The notes beneath the pieces were generated by a model. The model saw nothing but the letters and a program-made list of their open reading frames with translations, did no database searches and was not told the DNA's origin. A DNA stretch of 63,470 nucleotides, counting the filler, from Stramenopiles sp. TOSAG23-2 (lineage: Eukaryota), in NCBI GenBank assembly GCA_900128395.1. It is 14 parts of 14 records of this genome, joined end to end, with 100 filler letters (N's around TTAATTAATTAA, not from the genome) between each part and the next. Parts side by side here need not be neighbours in the genome. Positions count along the whole stretch, not along the records: positions 54,045 to 59,330 come from LT650700.1; positions 59,431 to 60,710 come from LT653276.1; positions 60,811 to 62,090 come from LT653277.1; positions 62,191 to 63,470 come from LT653278.1; 10 more parts are not named here. One strand, 5' to 3'. Positions 57,778 to 63,470 of this stretch are shown piece by piece. The position numbers and the translations under genes are program-made. How positions within the stretch are numbered: the first letter of the stretch is position 1; each line of letters opens with the position of its first letter.

Positions 57778-58461
57778 ATGGGATTATCATATGAAGGTAT
57801 CGTTGGTGAAGCATTAGCATCATCATTTTATTTTAATGTATTTGTTGTAATTTTAATATCTTGTATGATACTTGATTTTCTAAATCTGTTACCGATAAAA
57901 AATGTTGTAAGGCAAGTATGGATTATGTTTCCTGTTTTATTTTCTGGTGCAAGTGTACGCGGAAAAGAATTAATTCATTGCAAACATGTTTATAAATCAA
58001 GAGTTTGGCCTGGAGATTTGGATATTTGGTGTCATAAAAATAATATAGAATATGTTGTGCGTTGTGAAATTGGTAGAATGGCATTGTTTCGAAACAATGG
58101 GCTATTACACTATTGCAGAAATAACAAAATACATGCTGGATTCTCAGCAATTTCCCTTCGTTTTCGACGCGAATTGTCATTTCTCCAACCGTTTACTGTA
58201 GAAAGTAAAATTTGTGGATGGGATGATCGATCATGGTATATTGAACAAAAATTTATATCAAAAGGAGGTTTTGTTCACTGCCATTCTCTATCTGTTTTGA
58301 AATTAGGTAAGCGTGGTAACGCTGGTAAGACAACACCAGCTAAAATTTTGAGAGAGCTTGCCAAAGTTAATGATTTGGATGATATTAATATGAATGAAGG
58401 GTTGAAATTATTGAGTGCAGTATATGATACGTCATCTAAAGAATTAAGAAAAGAAAAGTAG
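57778..58461 (+). CDS. THEM6: THEM6-like hotdog-fold thioesterase
   Basis: N-terminal TM, RVWPGDLDIWCHKNN..Y...EIGR, RFRREL..QPF...GWDDRSWYIEQKF. Confidence 0.85.
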   Translation: MGLSYEGIVGEALASSFYFNVFVVILISCMILDFLNLLPIKNVVRQVWIMFPVLFSGASVRGKELIHCKHVYKSRVWPGDLDIWCHKNNIEYVVRCEIGRMALFRNNGLLHYCRNNKIHAGFSAISLRFRRELSFLQPFTVESKICGWDDRSWYIEQKFISKGGFVHCHSLSVLKLGKRGNAGKTTPAKILRELAKVNDLDDINMNEGLKLLSAVYDTSSKELRKEK

Positions 58462-58640
58462 TTTTTATGTGACATGTACAAACACGTATATTGTTACGTA
58501 TACGCTTCGTACGAAGTACCGAGAGAATATTTTAGAGTGTACGGCTTCGTATATTATATTTTGTATGATACGCACATTTATAAAATAAAAAATGTCTCTC
58601 TAGATGTCTCTCTCTCCCATTAACCCCTCTCTTTCTCTCT

Positions 58641-59303
58641 CTACTTCTTTTTAAATTTAATATTTGAATTACGCATATGTGGTGGTAATAATCGATTCAA
58701 CACTAATGGTTTTGGCTTCATATCTTTTGGTGCATCACTTCCAGCATCAATTAATAATTTGGAAATAGACTTATACCCAAATTTCAATGCATAATATAAA
58801 GCATTATGTCCATTATTATCACATATATTAGGATCAGCATCATTTCGCAATAAAATTTTACATGCTTTACGATTGTTGCTTTGACTAGCAATCATTAACA
58901 ACGTTTTATTTTGTTTACTTTTTGCATTGACATTCACCATTCCTTTAGCAACCATTTTTTTCAACTCCTCAAATTTACCATTACGGCATTTGGTAAATAA
59001 ATATTCTGTATTTTCTTGCTTTTTTGCCTCTTCATCCTGTTCTACCACATTATTATTATCTACTTTTTGTTCTATATCTACATCATAATTTTCTTCTTCT
59101 TGTTGGTTTACATATTCTTCTTGATTATTTTCAGTTGTATTGTAATCGTAATAATAACTATTGTTATTCTCATCATCGTAATATTCTTGTTGTTGTTCTT
59201 GCGCTGCTTTTACTGCTACTTCTTCTTCTTCCTCCTCCTCTTCTTCTTCTTCTTCATCTTCACCAAGGAAATAATGCTTTACACCCCATTTAAACCATTC
59301 CAT
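58641..59303 (-). CDS. Ankyrin repeat protein with acidic N-terminus
   Basis: KTLLMIASQ...KILLRNDADPN...GHNALYYA...LLIDAGSD. Confidence 0.85.
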   Translation of the reverse strand: MEWFKWGVKHYFLGEDEEEEEEEEEEEEVAVKAAQEQQQEYYDDENNNSYYYDYNTTENNQEEYVNQQEEENYDVDIEQKVDNNNVVEQDEEAKKQENTEYLFTKCRNGKFEELKKMVAKGMVNVNAKSKQNKTLLMIASQSNNRKACKILLRNDADPNICDNNGHNALYYALKFGYKSISKLLIDAGSDAPKDMKPKPLVLNRLLPPHMRNSNIKFKKK

Positions 59304-59525
59304 TACAGTATATTCAGGATTATGTCCATGNNNNNNNNNNNNNNNNNNNNNNNNNNNNNNNNNNNNNNNNNNNNTTAATTAATTAANNNNNNNNNNNNNN
59401 NNNNNNNNNNNNNNNNNNNNNNNNNNNNNNCTGTTTGTTTTGAAAATGATGATTTGCATGATTCTATCTCTGCTTCCTTTTCTAAAGTAGAAGAATGTTA
59501 AAACATTTAAAAAAATGAAACAATA

Positions 59526-60388
59526 AGTACAGAAAGTTGAGAAAGTGGTATTGTGTGTCAATTTATATTACATATTTTGAATTGTTTTTTTATTTACTAT
59601 TCGTAATTCGGTTAGATGTATTACTATTACTCTGGTCACCAGAGATTTTCCTTGCCAGTACCCTGACATATTACTATGCTACTAGATGTATTTATTAGGT
59701 ATTAGAGTATGAGCAAGCAAGAAAAGCAATAGACGGCCTTGTAGTGGCTGTAATGGATAGAAACAAAGGAGAACTAACAATAGAATGCCCGTGTGCATAC
59801 TACAACAATTTAAATAAAATGTTCAACGACGAAATTATAAATAAAAACCAAAGATGAAGTAAAAAAACTAGTAATGGAAAAATACAACCCTTTTAAAAAA
59901 ATAGCAACACTAATATAAGAGTCACTACCGCCAGAACTAATTCCATATTTTGAATGGTCTTTCGTATAATGCCATTGTAAATTATCAAAAGGAAATGATG
60001 TATACAATACATTTTCACTATCATAATCACCTTTACAATACGAATCCTCCGGTGTGCCAGAGGCACGTCTCCATGTTTGCCATTCAAATGAACTTCCTAG
60101 TTTTGGAATGACGAGGTCTTCGTATAAATCGCTATTAAAGGCTGTAGTTTTTGCAAAAGATGTAAAGGATTGACCATTTACACTAGAAATTTTTTCCACA
60201 CTTGTAGTACAGAAAGTTGAGAAAGTGGTGTTGTGTGTCAATTTATTACATATTTTGAATTGTTTTTTTATTTACTATTCGTAATTCGGTTAGATGTATT
60301 ACTATTACTCTGGTCACCAGAGATTTTCCTTGCCAGTACCCTGACATATTACTATGCTACTAGATGTATTTATATTAGGTATTAGAGT
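59526..60388. repeat. Two approximately 183-bp direct repeats (59526-59708, 60206-60388)
   Basis: Copies differ by one substitution and two 2-nt indels. Confidence 0.93.
59910..60205 (-). pseudogene. Internal fragment of deoxyribonuclease II
   Basis: FTSFAK...DLYEDLV...L...QTW...SYC...NV...TKDHSKYGIS (second HxK motif); the expected CxGDINR is missing. Confidence 0.75.
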
Positions 60389-60810
60389 GTAGAGCTATCC
60401 TCTCTAGATGCTATACCCAGGTAGCTACCACTCTGTTCTGGATTCTGGACTATACTGTAGCTCTACTAGTACACAGTATACGCTTGGCAAACAAAATACT
60501 GATGTACTGCACGTGTGTAATACCTGGTACTGTACCAGGTACAGTACTGGTAATAACAACATAAATATATAATATGATGCCGGAATTATTTGTGTGTGTC
60601 TAATCATCATTTTATTACTCTATTTTGTTAAATGATACATCAGTATAAATATTACATGATATATAGACAACTGTGGCCATTTTAAATATACATATATCAA
60701 CCAAATAAAANNNNNNNNNNNNNNNNNNNNNNNNNNNNNNNNNNNNNNNNNNNNTTAATTAATTAANNNNNNNNNNNNNNNNNNNNNNNNNNNNNNNNNN
60801 NNNNNNNNNN

Positions 60811-61914
60811 AATATTATTATTATTTGGATTGTTGAAATATGTATTTATTAATGATATGGTTGGTGATCCATATGTAAATATTTCATCACCATACCTTGC
60901 ATCATTATTGATAAATGATGATTGACGGATGGTGACTGTAGTGCTAGCGTCTGTTATAGAGAGGCCGCCTCCATCATCACCAGCATTATTATTTGATATG
61001 ATTGTATTCTTCATTGTTACATCACTGCTAAATATAAACATACCACCACCATTATCACTAGCTTGATTATAATCTATCGTAGTATTTTCTATAGTAGCAA
61101 CAGCTCTATACATATTAATACCACCACCACCAGTAGCTTCATTATTCTGAATAATACTATTATATATATTCATAATCCTGGCATTCTTATTGTTATTCTT
61201 GAAAGCACCTGCAAGTATTCCACCACCATCCTCCGCTTTATTATTAAATACAATAGATGAATATAAATTTAATTCACCACCGTTTCCATAAATTAATATG
61301 GATCCACCTAAATTATCAGGATCATTATAACTACTAACATCCCCACCAACTAATTTTAAATAACGTAATATTAATTTACTATTTGCATCATTTAAATAAA
61401 AATGACGATGTTTACTCGCAGCAGTTATAATAATTAAATGATTCATATCCGTATTTATACCATCAATTTCTAACGTATTCAATACAGAAACGTGATCACT
61501 ACCTGATATGGTACAATCATTATTACGTTTAAACGTACCTGTATAAACTAATTTTATATAACGTAATATTAATTTAGCATTTGCATTATTTAAATAAAAA
61601 TGACGATGTTTACTCGCAGCAGTTATAATAATTAAATTATTCATATCCGTATTTATACCATCAATTTCTAACGTATTCAATACAGAAACGTGATCACTAC
61701 CTGATATGGTACAATCATTATTACGTTTAAACGTACCTGTATTTGTTGTAGCAGAACAATCCCATTCCGTTTGTGAATTTATTGGTATTATTAAATTAAA
61801 AAAGAAACCAACAACGACAAATAATGCTACCAAAATCTTCTTTTTTGTAAATAATTTATAAGATGATTGTTTTTTTATAATTGAAAATAATAAATTTGTT
61901 CTCATAATATTCAT
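60811..61914 (-). CDS. Polymorphic-membrane-protein-like beta-helix surface protein; 3'-partial
   Basis: N-terminal TM/signal; repeated NNxAxxGGG(I/M/L) and FxNN motifs; 66-aa internal duplication. Confidence 0.82.
61348..61742. repeat. In-frame tandem duplication, 2 x 198 bp, a few substitutions
   Basis: TGTFKRNNDCTISGSDHVSV...RHFYLN..LILRY occurs twice. Confidence 0.93.
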
Positions 61915-62255
61915 GTTTGTTTTGTTGTCTTGCCTCGAATTTATTATATTATATATGTATCAATTGAGAGACAACCAATAATATATATCTATATTATATG
62001 TTATTTTGCTTCTGCAATCATGAAATATATTCTGCAATTCGCAGCTGACGAGTAATGATTTATTATTTCATTTAACATTTTTTGATGATTNNNNNNNNNN
62101 NNNNNNNNNNNNNNNNNNNNNNNNNNNNNNNNNNTTAATTAATTAANNNNNNNNNNNNNNNNNNNNNNNNNNNNNNNNNNNNNNNNNNNNTATATATATT
62201 TGTTGCGCGAATAGAATTAAAGGAAATCAAGAGATAGATAAAAGTACACCTAACC

Positions 62256-62774
62256 ATGGAACAAAAGAAACGAACGTCCGTGCATGAATTTTCAGTCGAG
62301 TCACCAACACATGGAAATAAAAATGGGAAAGAGTATTTAAATAAATTTGAAGGCAGAGTATTGTTAATAGTAAACGTAGCTAGTTGCTGAGGTTTAACTG
62401 ATTCCAACTACAAAGGTTTGATGGAATTACATAAAAGATATCATGAGGAAGGCTTATCTATATTAGCTTTCCCGTGCAATCAATTCGGTAAACAAGAGCC
62501 AGGCTCAGAGGAAGAAATACAACAATTTGCAGAGGCATTAGGTGTTAAATTTCCAATTTTCGATAAAATAGAAGTAAATGGCCAAAACGTTGATGCATTA
62601 TTTGATTTTTTAAAGAAAGCACTACCTGGTATATTTTGGACGACAAGTGTGAAATGGAACTTTACAAAATTTTTAGTTGATAAACATGGAACACCAATTA
62701 AACGATATGGACCAGCAACACAACCACTTAGTATAACTAAGGATATTGAAAAATTATTGCTACAAGATATGTAA
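62256..62774 (+). CDS. GPX: Selenocysteine-containing glutathione peroxidase (172 aa; UGA at 62388-62390 = Sec45)
   Basis: From ATG 62256: ...GRVLLIVNVASC-UGA-GLTDSNY...ILAFPCNQFGKQEPG...KWNFTKFLVD; UGA falls exactly on the peroxidatic residue. Confidence 0.93.
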
Positions 62775-62815
62775 AAAAAATAATAGAATAAGATGTGTTT
62801 GTATATATTAATGAA

Positions 62816-62910
62816 TAATATTTTTGACTATGATTCGCTATTGACCAAAACATATAATAAAAGGCCAATAATAATAAAAAAAATAATACGCGAGGAGACC
62901 GATAATATTA
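62816..62910 (+). promoter_or_regulatory. Candidate SECIS element in the GPx 3' UTR
   Basis: AUGA (62830), 13 nt, AAAA loop; UAUUGACC/GGCCAAUA and UCGC/GCGA pairing; GA at 62895; lower stem UAAUAUU/AAUAUUA; requires a 19-nt bulge. Confidence 0.4.
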
Positions 62911-63299
62911 AATATGTGTGCAATGTAACATATATTAACAATTATTTGAACAATATGATACTGAATGTTCAATTAGAGAAATATTAAAATATATACATAT
63001 ATATGTGAGTAGTAAAGTAGTGTGTAAACATCAGATTTGCAGTCTGTGTGTACTGTTCGTATTTAAAATGTAAAAGATCTTATTTTTATAATTAATTTAA
63101 AAAAATATACGACGTATAAAAAAATATAATATATATATATTAAAATTACTTCGTATAAATTATCACCATACCACATAGCATATATTATAGAGAGTTATTT
63201 TTTATTTTATCACAATATTTTACGAATATTATTTTTAAAAAAATATTTTCACATTTAAAGAAAAATTATAAATAAAAATACGAACCCTTTTCATTTCCC

Positions 63300-63470
63300 C
63301 TACAGAGCCGTATTATTACCCCCCTTATAATACTTTTTCAATGAATCTAAAAATTGTTTTCTTTGTTCAGCATTCATATTTAACTCTTCTATTATATCTT
63401 CATATACAATTTCATCAATTTGTTCTTTGATCGTTTCATTGCAAGTATTATTGACCCAAAGTTTCATAAC
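63300..63470 (-). CDS. Probable 3' end of a gene truncated by the window end
   Basis: Open frame VMKLWVNNTCNETIKEQIDEIVYEDIIEELNMNAEQRKQFLDSLKKYY..., convergent with GPx. Confidence 0.35.
   Translation of the reverse strand, partial: VMKLWVNNTCNETIKEQIDEIVYEDIIEELNMNAEQRKQFLDSLKKYYKGGNNTAL

Noticed and set aside
5325-62190. Regularly spaced TTAATTAATTAA repeats, and any gene clustering across them
   Set aside because: Artificial linkers within N runs; adjacency across them has no biological meaning, and ORFs containing X are artefacts
62388-62390. Genome-wide UGA reassignment
   Set aside because: TGA terminates several other genes normally (e.g. 5152, 6763, 12568, 49549) and conserved Trp/Cys use standard codons; the read-through is Sec-specific
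1-63470. tRNA, rRNA, intact transposase/RT/integrase or viral hallmark genes
   Set aside because: None recognised by eye on either strand; tRNAscan-SE, Infernal and HMM scans would be needed to exclude them formally

Overview
This window is not a contiguous locus. It is 14 unrelated contigs (eleven of about 5.3 kb, three of 1.28 kb, sorted by decreasing length) joined by artificial 100-nt N44-TTAATTAATTAA-N44 linkers. The DNA is AT-rich, gene-dense, intron-poor eukaryotic nuclear sequence with short GT-AG introns, poly-Asn/Gln tracts and the standard genetic code. It is probably a heterotrophic marine protist (stramenopile-like; inference). Inverted contig-end overlaps (one exactly 55 bp) and exact tandem duplications suggest an MDA single-cell assembly. 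Recognisable genes: VTC/DUF202 protein, inositol monophosphatase, three LRR proteins, Las1, a Swc6-like protein, a PKD2-like channel, bacterial-type SerC with a likely mitochondrial presequence, large multi-TM surface proteins, an MRH-domain protein, a PDI, three ankyrin proteins, Pus1, PMS2, a secreted triple-SnoaL protein, THEM6, a PMP-like beta-helix protein and a glutathione peroxidase with in-frame UGA (selenoprotein). Best leads: (1) a 29-bp palindromic mini-insertion found on two different contigs, each copy flanked by its own 9-bp target-site-like duplication; (2) the Sec-GPx with an unusual Cys-Sec pair and a bulged SECIS candidate; (3) a contig with CTGAG-based repeat arrays and frameshifted orphan ORFs around the PKD2-like gene; (4) a Swc6-like protein whose zf-HIT is replaced by a zinc-less YL1_C motif. 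All family assignments come from motif recognition by eye; no database search was run.
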